Of a stretch of 64,000 bases of DNA, positions 17,193 through 25,828 are shown one piece after another. Numbering within the stretch: position 1 is the first letter of the stretch; every line of letters begins with the position of its first letter. A program made the position numbers and the translations under genes. Source of the DNA: an uncultured Chloroflexia bacterium (GTDB taxonomy: Bacteria; Chloroflexota; Limnocylindria; Limnocylindrales; CSP1-4); NCBI GenBank assembly GCA_963712745.1, contig CAVQJC010000001.1, positions 46,271 to 110,270 on the forward strand, given 5' to 3'. The notes below the pieces were generated by a model, which was not told the DNA's origin, did not search any database, and was given only the letters and a program-made list of their open reading frames with translations.

Positions 17193-19211
17193 CTAGGTGC
17201 CCAGCCCACGGGTGGCCCGGTCGGGCTTGCCCCGCTTCTGGGCGGACGTGCCGGCGTCCCGGCCTCGCTCGGCCTTTCTCTCGGACTTGACCTTGTCGCC
17301 TTGAGCCTTCCTGCCATTCTCGGCCGACTGCTTCCTGTCCTCGGTCGACTGGCCCTTGGCCCTGGACTTCGCCTTGGCCTTCTGGAGAGCGGCCTTGTAG
17401 CTGCTTCCGCCCAAGGCCCTGGCCGCGTCGGTGCCGGGGAGCGGCCGGCCTGCGAGGGGATCCTTCGACTTCTTCATGTCGAGGTGCTTGATGGAGGCAC
17501 GGGCAATCATCTGGAACAGCTCGTATGACTCGATACGAAGCGGGATGACGCCCTGCTCGATCATGTCCGGGACGGGCTCTTCGAGACGCACTGCGATGAC
17601 GATCTCCTGCTGCCTCCCGCCTGCGAAACCGATGAAGCTGTGGTTGAAGCGCTTCTCCTTCCACCTGGCCTTGTCCACGTCCCAGATCTGGGCCGTGCCG
17701 GTCTTGCCGCCGATGGTGTAGCCGGGGATGAGCGAGCCCTTCGCATACCACGGCACCGAGCCCGTCACATGGACCAGGATGTCTTTGGCCTGGCGGGCGA
17801 CCTTGGCCTTGACCACGCGCTCCTTCGGCGCACGTGCCGCGTCGCCGTCGGCCGCGATATGCGGCTGCACGACGAAACCACCGTTGACCAGGGTCGAGAT
17901 GCCTCGCGCAAGCTGCAGGAGCGTGACCGAGACACCCTGCCCGAAGGCACGGTTGGCCAGGTCGACCGGCGCCCACAGCTTCTGCTCGGGATCGAACCAG
18001 CGGCCCTGCGTCTCGTTGGCGATGTCGACCTCGGTGCGCGCGGCCATGCCCACCTTCTTCCAGAAGCCGTACAGCCTGTCGGCGGCTCGCTGGACCGACT
18101 TCGGCGCCAACTTCATGGCGATCTTGGCCGTGGCCACGTTGCGCGAGCGCGCGATGACGTCCTTGACCTTCAGCGGCCCAAGGGAGCCGTGGTCGGCGTT
18201 CTGAACCTGGTACTTGTAGAACTCGAGCTTGCGCTGGTCGCTGATCACGGTATTGGGCGTGACCAGGCCCAGATCGAGTGCCGCGGTGGCGGTGAAGATC
18301 TTCATCACCGAGCCCGGCTCGTACTGGTCGCTGATGACGCGATTGCGCAGTCGGCCGATGTCGTCGGCGGCGATCCTGGCGTACTCGTTGCCGTCGTAGG
18401 CAGGGACCGAGGCGATGGCCAGGATGGCGCCGGTATGAGGGTCCATGACGATGGCGCTGGCGCTCTTGGCACGATTGACCAGGTAGGCGGTGTTGAGCTC
18501 CTTCTCGACCTGGCGCTGGAGCCCGGCATCAAGGGTCAGCCGCAGTGGTTCTGGGTCCAGGCCTTCCAGTCCGTCCGGCAGTCCTTCGATGGTGGCCAGG
18601 TCGAGGCCCTCGGTCTCGGGCGTCGTCAGTCGCTCGTCGTACTGGCGCTCCACGCCCTCGCCGCCGCGGCCGTCCGCTCGCACGAAGCCGAGCACATGGC
18701 TGGCCAGCGTGCTGTCGCTGGCTCCGCCCTTGCGCGGATAGACGCGCACATCCTTGGGGTCAAGGGTGATCCCCGGCAGATCGCCCTTATCCTGGGCCAG
18801 CGCGATGGCCGCGCTCTGCTTGTGTGTGACGCGGGCCTCGAGGTTCGTCCACAACTTGCCGCTTTGGATCTTCTCGGCGTAGGCCTCGCGTTCGCTCGCG
18901 TCGAGGCGGAGGATCGGCTCGAGCGTGTCCAGGATGAGCTCTACGTCTTCGGGCTCGATGTCGCTGGGATGCGCGTCGAGGCTATCGAAGGACGCGGTCT
19001 GCGCCAGCACCACCCCGTCGCGGTCGAGGATGTCCGCGCGGGCGGGCAGCGCTGCCCGGACCGGGGTCATCGACTGGATTGCGTTGGGCGCGAGTTCAGC
19101 GGCGGCGATGACCTGCCAGTAGCCAAGGCGTGCGCTGGCGGCCGTCCCCAGGACGGCGAAGACGAGCAGGATGGCCACCATGCGTCGGCGGCTGTCGGTG
19201 CGGCCGAGCAC
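17193..19211 (-). CDS. ftsI: Penicillin-binding protein (FtsI-class transpeptidase) with a Lys/Arg-rich C-terminal tail
   Basis: N-terminal TM anchor. Transpeptidase motifs include KTGTAQ. Lies between ftsL and murF. The last ~75 aa are KAKAKSRAKGQ...KSERKAERGRD. Confidence 0.9.
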   Translation of the reverse strand: MLGRTDSRRRMVAILLVFAVLGTAASARLGYWQVIAAAELAPNAIQSMTPVRAALPARADILDRDGVVLAQTASFDSLDAHPSDIEPEDVELILDTLEPILRLDASEREAYAEKIQSGKLWTNLEARVTHKQSAAIALAQDKGDLPGITLDPKDVRVYPRKGGASDSTLASHVLGFVRADGRGGEGVERQYDERLTTPETEGLDLATIEGLPDGLEGLDPEPLRLTLDAGLQRQVEKELNTAYLVNRAKSASAIVMDPHTGAILAIASVPAYDGNEYARIAADDIGRLRNRVISDQYEPGSVMKIFTATAALDLGLVTPNTVISDQRKLEFYKYQVQNADHGSLGPLKVKDVIARSRNVATAKIAMKLAPKSVQRAADRLYGFWKKVGMAARTEVDIANETQGRWFDPEQKLWAPVDLANRAFGQGVSVTLLQLARGISTLVNGGFVVQPHIAADGDAARAPKERVVKAKVARQAKDILVHVTGSVPWYAKGSLIPGYTIGGKTGTAQIWDVDKARWKEKRFNHSFIGFAGGRQQEIVIAVRLEEPVPDMIEQGVIPLRIESYELFQMIARASIKHLDMKKSKDPLAGRPLPGTDAARALGGSSYKAALQKAKAKSRAKGQSTEDRKQSAENGRKAQGDKVKSERKAERGRDAGTSAQKRGKPDRATRGLGT

Positions 19212-19217
19212 GGCCGG

Positions 19218-19721
19218 TCAGGGGGCCGGGAGGACCACGATGTCCCCCAAGCTGCGGAGCCCGGCCTTCTTGGCCAGCTTGGTGATCTCCTCGCTATCTG
19301 TGAACGTCTGGACCCAGACGGCCTGGCGTCGCAGGGTGTCCTCGAGCTTCTCGCGCTCACCGGAGAGCTTGCGGATCTCCGAGTCGGTCGCGTTGGCGCC
19401 CAGCGTCTGCGTGAGATACACCAGCCCCAGGATGGTGGCGGCCAGGATGCCGGCCATGAGCAAGCCGATCGGCCGTACCCGTGCCGCGGTGCGCGCGGTC
19501 GCCCGAGCACCGGCGCCGGCGGTGGCGGCCGGTGCGCCCGCCGTCGGCAACCGGGCTGCCACGCGGGCAGCCGGTGCTCGGGCAGCCGGTGCTCGGCCTG
19601 CCGGCAGCGGGCCGCGACGGAGGCGGGCTCCCTGGAAGACGGCCATCAGCGGGCGCGGGCGCTCGAGGAAGCCGAGTCGATGCTCGACGTGGAACGCGGC
19701 AATGGCCGCTCGGCATCCCAC
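19218..19721 (-). CDS. ftsL: FtsL-like cell division protein (start uncertain, 19721 or 19646)
   Basis: Single TM segment LLMAGILAATILGLVYL followed by the coiled-coil-like EIRKLSGEREKLEDTLRRQ. Lies between rsmH and ftsI. Confidence 0.6.
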   Translation of the reverse strand: MGCRAAIAAFHVEHRLGFLERPRPLMAVFQGARLRRGPLPAGRAPAARAPAARVAARLPTAGAPAATAGAGARATARTAARVRPIGLLMAGILAATILGLVYLTQTLGANATDSEIRKLSGEREKLEDTLRRQAVWVQTFTDSEEITKLAKKAGLRSLGDIVVLPAP

Positions 19722-19845
19722 GCATCACCGCGGTTCCAGCCGCCGGGCCCCTCGAGATCGACCTCGAGATCGTCGTTGCGCCGTGTCCGCAGTTCCTTCA
19801 TGCGGCGGCCGTACGCCTGGCGCCGCGAGCTGCCGTGTCCGCTGC

Positions 19846-20802
19846 TCATGCTGCAAGCCTCCGTGCCGCCCGCAGCTTCGCGCTGCGAGCACGTGGGTTG
19901 GATGCCACCTCCACCTCGCCGGGTGACAGCGGCTGAGCGCCCACGTTGGCCAGCCGCGGCTGCTTGCCGCAGACGCACACGGGGAGCTCGGGTGGACAGG
20001 TGCAACCGCGCCGTTCTCGCGCGATGAAGCGCTTGACGATGCGGTCTTCGAGCGAGTGGTAGCTGATGACGCAGAGCCGGCCCTCTGGCCTGAGCAGTCC
20101 GAGGCATGACTCCAGGGCCGCCGGCAGGGTCTCGAGCTCGCGGTTGACCTCGATGCGCAGGGCCTGGAAGACCCGGGTGGCCGGATGGATGCGTCGCCGG
20201 CGTGAGTCGCGCGGCCTGGGTGCGGCCTTGGTCACGACCTCAGCCAGCCGGGCCGGGGTCTCGATGGCGACGTGGGAGCGGGCGGCCACGATGGCACGAG
20301 CGATGCGGCGTGCATGCGGTTCTTCGCCGTGCCGACGGAAGATGTCGGCCAGGGCGGACTCGCTGTAGCTGGCGACGACCTCGCTGGCAGGGATGCCTCG
20401 GGTGACGTCGAAACGCATGTCGAGCGCGTCGCTGGAACGAAAGCTGAAGCCTCGGTCGTCGTCGTCGAGCTGCTGAGAGCTGACGCCGAGGTCCATGAGG
20501 ATGCCGTCCACCTGCCTGAAGCCCGAGTCGGTCGCGACCTCGGCGATGGCCTCGAAGTTCGAGCGGCGCAGGACCACTCGGTCGCCGAACCCTGCCAAAC
20601 GCTGCTGGGAGCGCTCGATGGCCCTGGGATCAGCATCGATGCCCAGCAGCCGGCCGTCAGGGTTGACGGCCTCCAGGATCCGAACGGCGTGCCCTCCGCC
20701 GCCAACGGTCGCATCGATCTGGAAGCTGCCCGGGTGCGGCGAGAGAGCCAACATGACCTCCTCAAGCATCACGGGCAGGTGCCCTACTTCCTGTTCCATC
20801 AA
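19846..20802 (-). CDS. rsmH: 16S rRNA (cytosine1402-N4)-methyltransferase
   Basis: HLPVMLEEV, DATVGGGGH, GILMDLGVSSQQLD, RIHPATRVFQALRIEVNREL, ISYHSLEDRIVK. Confidence 0.93.
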   Translation of the reverse strand: MMEQEVGHLPVMLEEVMLALSPHPGSFQIDATVGGGGHAVRILEAVNPDGRLLGIDADPRAIERSQQRLAGFGDRVVLRRSNFEAIAEVATDSGFRQVDGILMDLGVSSQQLDDDDRGFSFRSSDALDMRFDVTRGIPASEVVASYSESALADIFRRHGEEPHARRIARAIVAARSHVAIETPARLAEVVTKAAPRPRDSRRRRIHPATRVFQALRIEVNRELETLPAALESCLGLLRPEGRLCVISYHSLEDRIVKRFIARERRGCTCPPELPVCVCGKQPRLANVGAQPLSPGEVEVASNPRARSAKLRAARRLAA

Positions 20803-20851
20803 CGATCCGACCGCCCCGACGGTCCACCCGGACCCTGGAGGCTCATATGGT

Positions 20852-21280
20852 TCAGATGCCCAGTCCGGCGAGGGACTTCGCGAGTGCCTCCGGCTGATCC
20901 ATCTGCTCGCTGTACTTGCTCCACCGCTCCGGCGACCACAGCTCGATGCGAGTGCCCGCGCCCACGAGCACGACCTCGTTGCCGATGTCGGCGTCCTCTC
21001 GCAGCCACTGCGGCAGGACGAACCGGCCTTGTCGATCGAGAGAGACCTCCTGAGCCGAGCCGAAGAGCAAGCGTCGAAGCGTCCGCCCCCGCGGATCGGT
21101 GAACGGCAGGGCGTTGATCTGCTCGGCCAGTGAGTCCCACTCGGCCTGCGGATGCAATGCCACGCAACCGTCCATCCAGTTGCTCACCTGTGCGCCCTGA
21201 GCGAGCTCCGCACGGAAACGGACCGGGATCGCGAGACGTCCCTTGTCGTCGACCGTGTGGCGATACTCACCTGTGAACAC
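20852..21280 (-). CDS. mraZ: Transcriptional regulator MraZ
   Basis: FTGEYRHTVDDKGRLAIPVRFR and a second half LDRQGRFVLPQWLRE (duplicated SpoVT/AbrB-like halves). First gene of the cluster. GTG start. Confidence 0.93.
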   Translation of the reverse strand: MFTGEYRHTVDDKGRLAIPVRFRAELAQGAQVSNWMDGCVALHPQAEWDSLAEQINALPFTDPRGRTLRRLLFGSAQEVSLDRQGRFVLPQWLREDADIGNEVVLVGAGTRIELWSPERWSKYSEQMDQPEALAKSLAGLGI

Positions 21281-21373
21281 CGGGCTGGGCTGCTCCGACT
21301 GTGACCGTCACTGGTGGCTCAGCGGCCGGGTTTCTCCCGACTCCTTCGCTGACGGCGAGACGGCTATCCCTGC

Positions 21374-21451
21374 CCACTCGTGCCCACCACGGCGGTGGTC
21401 ACGCGGACCGGTTCACCCCTTTCTCCCCACTTTGCACCACTTCGTGCCACT
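21374..21451 (-). promoter_or_regulatory. MraZ-box array: three AAGTGG direct repeats at exact 10-nt phasing, plus two GTGGGCA repeats 10 nt apart
   Basis: The minus strand reads AAGTGGCACG-AAGTGGTGCA-AAGTGGGGAG (plus-strand CCACT at 21427, 21437, 21447) and GGTGGGCACGAGTGGGCAG (plus-strand CCAC at 21374, 21384). It sits between the -10 element and mraZ. Confidence 0.65.
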
Positions 21452-21460
21452 TGGATGGGC

Positions 21461-21488
21461 ATGATACCCAATCCGCGGGGTCCGTCAA
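21461..21488 (-). promoter_or_regulatory. Candidate Pmra sigma-70-type promoter TTGACG-16 nt-TATCAT
   Basis: Minus strand: TTGACG (21483-21488), 16-nt spacer, TATCAT (21461-21466). It lies immediately upstream of the MraZ boxes and about 180 nt upstream of the mraZ GTG. Confidence 0.55.
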
Positions 21489-21625
21489 GGGCCCATTTGG
21501 CAGTACTTCCCCACGGGCGCCGCAGGGGTGCTTCAGGTGGGCCGACCCGAGTACCTCTCACCCATGCCCACGCCGTCTGTGGGCAGATAGCGTCGCTCCC
21601 CGAACCGCCTGCAGAGGATCTGCCC

Positions 21626-21970
21626 GTGACGATCGCCCGGCGCCGACCAAGCGCCCTCGATCCCATCGCCGCACCCATGCCCAGCCCAGCGCCGGTCCGC
21701 GCGCTGGTGCCCGAGCTGGGTGTGCCGGTGTCACTGGGGGATGCGCCGGCGCCCGATACGGTGACGCCAGTCGGTCGGCTGCGGCGCTGCACGTTCCGGA
21801 GGATCGACCGCGTGTCGGCTCTGCCCGGCCGCCCGATCGGTTCGAACTACGAGGTCATGTGCCTCTACGGCACTATCGCGGAGCCCCTCGCGCTGGGCGG
21901 CGTCGACGCGGCCAGGCCGGTCTGCGAGAGTTGCACCGCCTCCGGCATCTTCCGTCCCGACGAGGACTGA
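21626..21970 (+). CDS. Small hypothetical Cys-containing protein (C...C...CxxC), divergent from mraZ
   Basis: High GC3 in the 3' half. GTG at 21626 is preceded by AGAGGA (an alternative ATG is at 21677). The C-terminus RRCTFRR...EVMCLYG...PVCESCTASGIFRPDED looks protein-like. Confidence 0.45.
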   Translation: MTIARRRPSALDPIAAPMPSPAPVRALVPELGVPVSLGDAPAPDTVTPVGRLRRCTFRRIDRVSALPGRPIGSNYEVMCLYGTIAEPLALGGVDAARPVCESCTASGIFRPDED

Positions 21971-22004
21971 CCGGGAGGCCGAGATCCCCGTTGCCGGCAG
22001 GGTC

Positions 22005-22045
22005 GAAACACGAAAGACGCCCGCCCCCTTGTAGGGACGGGCGTC
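22005..22045 (-). terminator. Rho-independent-type terminator hairpin between convergent genes
   Basis: GACGCCCGCCCC / GGGACGGGCGTC form 11 of 12 bp with a 6-nt loop (22016-22045). On the minus strand the hairpin is followed by TTTCGTGTTTCG. Confidence 0.6.
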
Positions 22046-22091
22046 TCGTCGTTTGGCGGCCGGCGCGTGGATGGCCGGCCGATGGTGGCAG

Positions 22092-22789
22092 CTACTCGGC
22101 GTCGTCGTCCTGGTCGGCGTCCATGTCGGCGTCGGCGTCCATGTCGGCGTCGGCGTCCATGGTGGCGTCGGCGTCCATGTGGCGTCGGCGTCCATGGTGG
22201 CGTCGGCGTCCATGCTGGCGTCCATGGCGCCCGCGATGAGCCCGCTCAGGTCGCTACAGATGACCCAGGCGCGCGTCTCACCGGGCACCAGGGTGACTTC
22301 GCCCGCGATGGTCGCGGTCTGGGACTGAGCCATGTCGCCCAGCATCTCGGCCTGCGCTGCCTGGATCTCCTCCTCGGACGCGCCGATGGCCTCCAGCATC
22401 CCGGTGATGATGGGCATGACGGACTCTACGTCGAACTCGGTGGACATCGTGGCGACGACGTCGACGATAGCCTCGGTCTCGGTCTGGCTTACGACGTCGA
22501 GCGACTCGAAGTCGATGTCGATGACGAACGCGTCGAGCAGGAACTCGAAGCCAGGGGGGATGCCACCGGCCAGGTCGCCCATGCCGATACCGCCGAGCGC
22601 ACCCGCCTGCTCAGCGCAGAAGAAGGTCGGCAGGGTGGCGAGGTCCATGGATGAGAAGGCATCGGCGAAGCCCTCGAACGTGGCCTCGGGGCTGTCATCC
22701 TGGCCGAGCACGGAGGGCGCTGAGAGCATCGAGGCTGTGAGCGCCAGGCTACCGGCGACGGCGGCCATGCGCATACGGGGGTTCTTCAT
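22092..22789 (-). CDS. Secreted acidic protein ending in (MDADA[T/D])n repeats; frame broken inside the repeat
   Basis: Signal peptide MKNPRMRMAAVAGSLALTASMLSAPSVLGQD. After the 17-nt repeat unit the sense frame continues MDADATMDADADMDADADMDADQDDDAE to TAG at 22092-22094. The 352-aa ORF-track product continues as WTPTP... junk. Confidence 0.6.
22125..22225 (-). repeat. 18-nt tandem coding repeat ATGGACGCCGACGCC(ACC/GAC), with one 17-nt unit at 22179-22195
   Basis: Units were counted directly on the plus strand: 22125-42, 22143-60, 22161-78, 22179-95 (17 nt), 22196-213, and a 12-nt partial unit at 22214-25. Confidence 0.85.
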
Positions 22790-22893
22790 GTCGGGTGACG
22801 ACTCCTTCTGGTGTTGGCACGAGCGGGCGGTGCCTGCAGGGTGAGTCTAGCGGCCAGCCCCGGTCTCGCCGGGATCCGATGGTCCAGGTCCAC

Positions 22894-23817
22894 CTAGCCC
22901 TCGGCAGAGTCGACCGCATCGACCCGTGTGATCCAGTACTCGGTCTCAGGCGTCGGGTCCGTGCTGAAGCGGGCGTTGACCGCCCACAGGGCGTCGCCCA
23001 CCAGGGCGGCGGTCGTGGGCACATCGAAGTCCAGGGAGGTCGCTTCCCCTGCGAAGGCGGCGGCCAGCGCGTCCTCGTCCAGCTCCATGGTGACGACGAG
23101 GTTCGAGCTGTTGCGTACCACGTGGAGCGTGCGACCGTCGAGCTCCAGCCCATCGCCGCCGGTGAGCGATACATCACCGGTGTCGATGCGGCTCGCGGCT
23201 CCCGAGGCCGGATCGATGTTGTAGAGCTGCCCCTCGCCCGAGTGAACGACGACGAGACCGCCCGGAGCAGCCACGATGCCGTTGAGGTTGAAGCCTTCGC
23301 CGTAGACAAGGTCGCCGCTGATGGGCAGGACCGAGCCCGCCTCGGGGTCAGGCAAGGCACCGTCATCACCCAGCGGGATGACCAGCACCTGGGGCAGGAA
23401 CGAGTCGGTCACGTAGATGGCGTCGGGCGTGGCTGCGACATCGTTGAGGAAGCCGCTCTCGAAGGCGTAGGTCGCGAGCAGCTCGCCGGTGGCCGCATCG
23501 TACGCGCGTACCTCGCCGGTCGGTGCACCGGCGGCCCAGAGTCGACCGTAGGCGTCGTGTTCCAGACCGGCCACTACGGCCCCTTCCGTGCCCTCGACGA
23601 GGACCTCTGTGGTGCCGGTCATGGGATCAGCCCTGAGGATCGCCCCGTCGGCGAGCGAACCGGCGAACAGGTGGGTGCCATCGGTGGTCACCCCTTCTGG
23701 CTGCCAGCCGTTCGGCAGGTCGATACGGTCGAGCTGCTCATCCTGCGCCATCGCGGGCCCGCCGATGAGCCCGACAGCCACTAGTCCGGCGATGGTCGCC
23801 GGTCCGACACGTTGCAT
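22894..23817 (-). CDS. Secreted beta-propeller-like protein (SMP-30/NHL-like, family uncertain)
   Basis: Signal peptide MQRVGPATIAGLVAVGLIGGPAMA-QD with GAGGG 9 nt upstream of the ATG at 23817. The protein has repeated G/D-rich strand motifs. Confidence 0.6.
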   Translation of the reverse strand: MQRVGPATIAGLVAVGLIGGPAMAQDEQLDRIDLPNGWQPEGVTTDGTHLFAGSLADGAILRADPMTGTTEVLVEGTEGAVVAGLEHDAYGRLWAAGAPTGEVRAYDAATGELLATYAFESGFLNDVAATPDAIYVTDSFLPQVLVIPLGDDGALPDPEAGSVLPISGDLVYGEGFNLNGIVAAPGGLVVVHSGEGQLYNIDPASGAASRIDTGDVSLTGGDGLELDGRTLHVVRNSSNLVVTMELDEDALAAAFAGEATSLDFDVPTTAALVGDALWAVNARFSTDPTPETEYWITRVDAVDSAEG

Positions 23818-23913
23818 AGGAGACACCCTCATTACGAAACGGCCGGGAGAGGGCCGCAGCGCCGGAGTGTGCCGCGAGCACACGACAGCCCGATGACGAT
23901 GCGGGGAACGGAG

Positions 23914-24255
23914 CGCCAGTGAGGTGGCCTGTAAGCCGAGTTCTGTCCCGCAGTGCGGGGATGGTCATCCATCTGGGACGCCGGTCGCCCGACGCCTCTT
24001 GCGGCCGACCCGAAGGCGGAGCGACGCGCTCCTGCGCAGCTCGCGCCACGCGTGCCCTCCTATTTGGCCTTGCACCAGGTAGAGCTTGCCCGTTTCACCC
24101 GGCCCGGCCGAAACCGGGACCGACTCGTCTCTGTGGCGCTGGTCCGCGCCTCGCGGCGGACGGGTGTTACCCGCTACCTCGCGTCGTGGTGCTCGGACTT
24201 TCCTCGGGCGACAGGTCGCCCCGTCGCCCGCGACCATCCGGCCACCTCACTGGCC
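23914..24255 (-). ncRNA. rnpB: RNase P RNA, bacterial type A
   Basis: The minus strand contains GAGGAAAGTCCGAGC (P4 5' strand), GGGTAACACCC, GGGTGAAACGG, AGATGGATGACCATCC and ACAGAACTCGGCTTACAG (P4 3' strand). P1 pairs CCAGTGAGGTGGCC with GGCCACCTCACTGG. Ends are accurate to a few nt. Confidence 0.88.
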
Positions 24256-24485
24256 GATGGACTCTAGCACCGTGCGGCGGGTGTGGCATGCGCCCCAAAG
24301 CCAGGACCGGCTCGCCGACTGGCCAGCCGGTCCGCATGTCGAGAGGTGCGGTCTCGAGCTTCAGCTCGCCGCCGGCGCCTCGGGTGCGGGCGGATGGGCT
24401 TCAGCGGGGTAGATGACACCCCACCACACCTCCTGCATCTGCTCGTCGAGACCCGGGCTGTGGAACTCGAGGATGTCGGCTCGGG

Positions 24486-24950
24486 TCAGGAGCGGTACTT
24501 GGCCTCCAGCGCGGCCGCAGCGGCCGGGTCGTCGAGCGCAAGGTTGGCCAGCGCGTCGGCAGCCTTGTTGGTGGCCCGCGGCTCGTGCGTGGCGTTCCAT
24601 CGCTCGAAGCCGGCCAGCAGCTCCTTGGCCTCCGCCCAGTGCACGCGCATCTTGGCGTCCTTCACACGCCAGCGACCGTGCAGCTGTTCCACGATGAGCT
24701 TGGAGTCCAGGCGCAGATCGATCTGGCGCGCCCCCAGTCGCTGCGCCTCCTTCAGCGCCAGCGTCAATGCTGTGTACTCGGCCACGTTGTTGGTCTGCAC
24801 GCCCAGCGGCCGCGACACCACCGACAGTGGCGGAGCGTCCACGGCCGTGGCATTGGGCAGCGAGGCGTCGATGAGCACGGCACCGGCCGAAGCCGGACCC
24901 GGATTGGAGCGCGAGGCACCGTCGGTGCGGATGAGCAGGCGGTCGGCCAT
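24486..24950 (-). CDS. Ribonuclease HI family protein
   Basis: IRTDGASRSNPGPASAGAVL, TNNVAEYTALTLALKEA, DSKLIVEQLHGRWRVK, NKAADALAN. The ATG directly abuts the sdhB stop (TAG-ATG). Confidence 0.85.
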   Translation of the reverse strand: MADRLLIRTDGASRSNPGPASAGAVLIDASLPNATAVDAPPLSVVSRPLGVQTNNVAEYTALTLALKEAQRLGARQIDLRLDSKLIVEQLHGRWRVKDAKMRVHWAEAKELLAGFERWNATHEPRATNKAADALANLALDDPAAAAALEAKYRS

Positions 24951-25826
24951 CTAGGCGTCGGACCCGGGCGACCCGGTGGACTGTTCCGCATCCCCGGGCG
25001 TGTCGAGCGCCTTCGCCTCCTCGGAGACCTCCACCGTGGCATCGGCCGTCGAGGACCCATCGCCAGCACCGGAGCCGCCGTAGCGATCACCGCGCAGCTT
25101 GCGCCACAGCCACCGGACCGGATCGTAGTACTCGTCGGCCACACGCTCCTTGAGGGGGATGATGGCGTTGTCGGTGATCCTGATGTGCTCCGGGCAGACC
25201 TCGGTGCAGCACTTGTTGATGTTGCAGTAGCCGATACCGCCCTCGTACTTGAGCTGCTCCTTGCGGTCGGCCTGGTCGAGCGGGTGCATCTCCAGGCTCG
25301 CCGCGCGCACCAGGAAGCGCGGCCCGAAGAACTCGAACTCGGTCTCATGGTTGCGCAGCACATGGCAGGTGTCCATGCACAGGAAGCATTCGATGCACTT
25401 GCGGAACTCCTGGCTCCGCTCGCCGTCCTCCTGCTGCCAGCGCCACTCGCTCTGCGGCTCATCGGGCGGCGTGAAGGGCGTGATCTTCTTGTTGACCTCG
25501 TAGTTCCAGGAAACGTCGGTGACCAGGTCGCGGATGCGCGGGAACGTGCGCATGGGCTCGACCGTGATGGCCTCGTCATCGGGGAAGTCGGAGAGGCGGG
25601 TCTTGCACATCAGGCCCGGCTTGCCGTTGATCTCAGCCGAGCAGGACCCGCACTTGGCGGCCTTGCAGTTCCAGCGCGCGGCCAGGTCCGGCTCCACGTT
25701 CTGCTGGATCCAGTGGATGGCATCGAGGACGACCATGCCCTCCCCCGCCGGCACGATGTACTCGAAGAACTCGCCCTCCTCGTTGCCCTCGGCGCGGTTG
25801 ACCCACAGCTTCGCTTCGTCGGCCAT
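24951..25826 (-). CDS. sdhB: Succinate dehydrogenase/fumarate reductase iron-sulfur subunit, with a ~50-aa acidic/Gly-rich C-terminal tail
   Basis: Cys clusters CKAAKCGSCSAEING, CIECFLCMDTC and CNINKCCTEVCP. Lies immediately downstream of sdhA. Confidence 0.9.
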   Translation of the reverse strand: MADEAKLWVNRAEGNEEGEFFEYIVPAGEGMVVLDAIHWIQQNVEPDLAARWNCKAAKCGSCSAEINGKPGLMCKTRLSDFPDDEAITVEPMRTFPRIRDLVTDVSWNYEVNKKITPFTPPDEPQSEWRWQQEDGERSQEFRKCIECFLCMDTCHVLRNHETEFEFFGPRFLVRAASLEMHPLDQADRKEQLKYEGGIGYCNINKCCTEVCPEHIRITDNAIIPLKERVADEYYDPVRWLWRKLRGDRYGGSGAGDGSSTADATVEVSEEAKALDTPGDAEQSTGSPGSDA

Positions 25827-25828
25827 GC

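Noticed and set aside
15706-17976. A 756-aa ORF suggesting a MurF with a 275-aa N-terminal extension
   Set aside because: The extension is the out-of-frame overlap with the ftsI 3' end (Lys/Arg-tail region). MurF homology starts at the ATG at 17151.
21731-22091. C-terminal 120 aa of the 352-aa ORF (WTPTPPWTPTPTW... Pro/Thr repeat and beyond)
   Set aside because: It arises only after the 17-nt repeat unit shifts the frame. It runs through a terminator hairpin and overlaps the convergent small gene.
23919-24416. ORFs of 90-165 aa on both strands between the beta-propeller gene and the RNase H gene
   Set aside because: The region is fully explained by RNase P RNA. The translations are Arg/Pro/Gly-rich junk.
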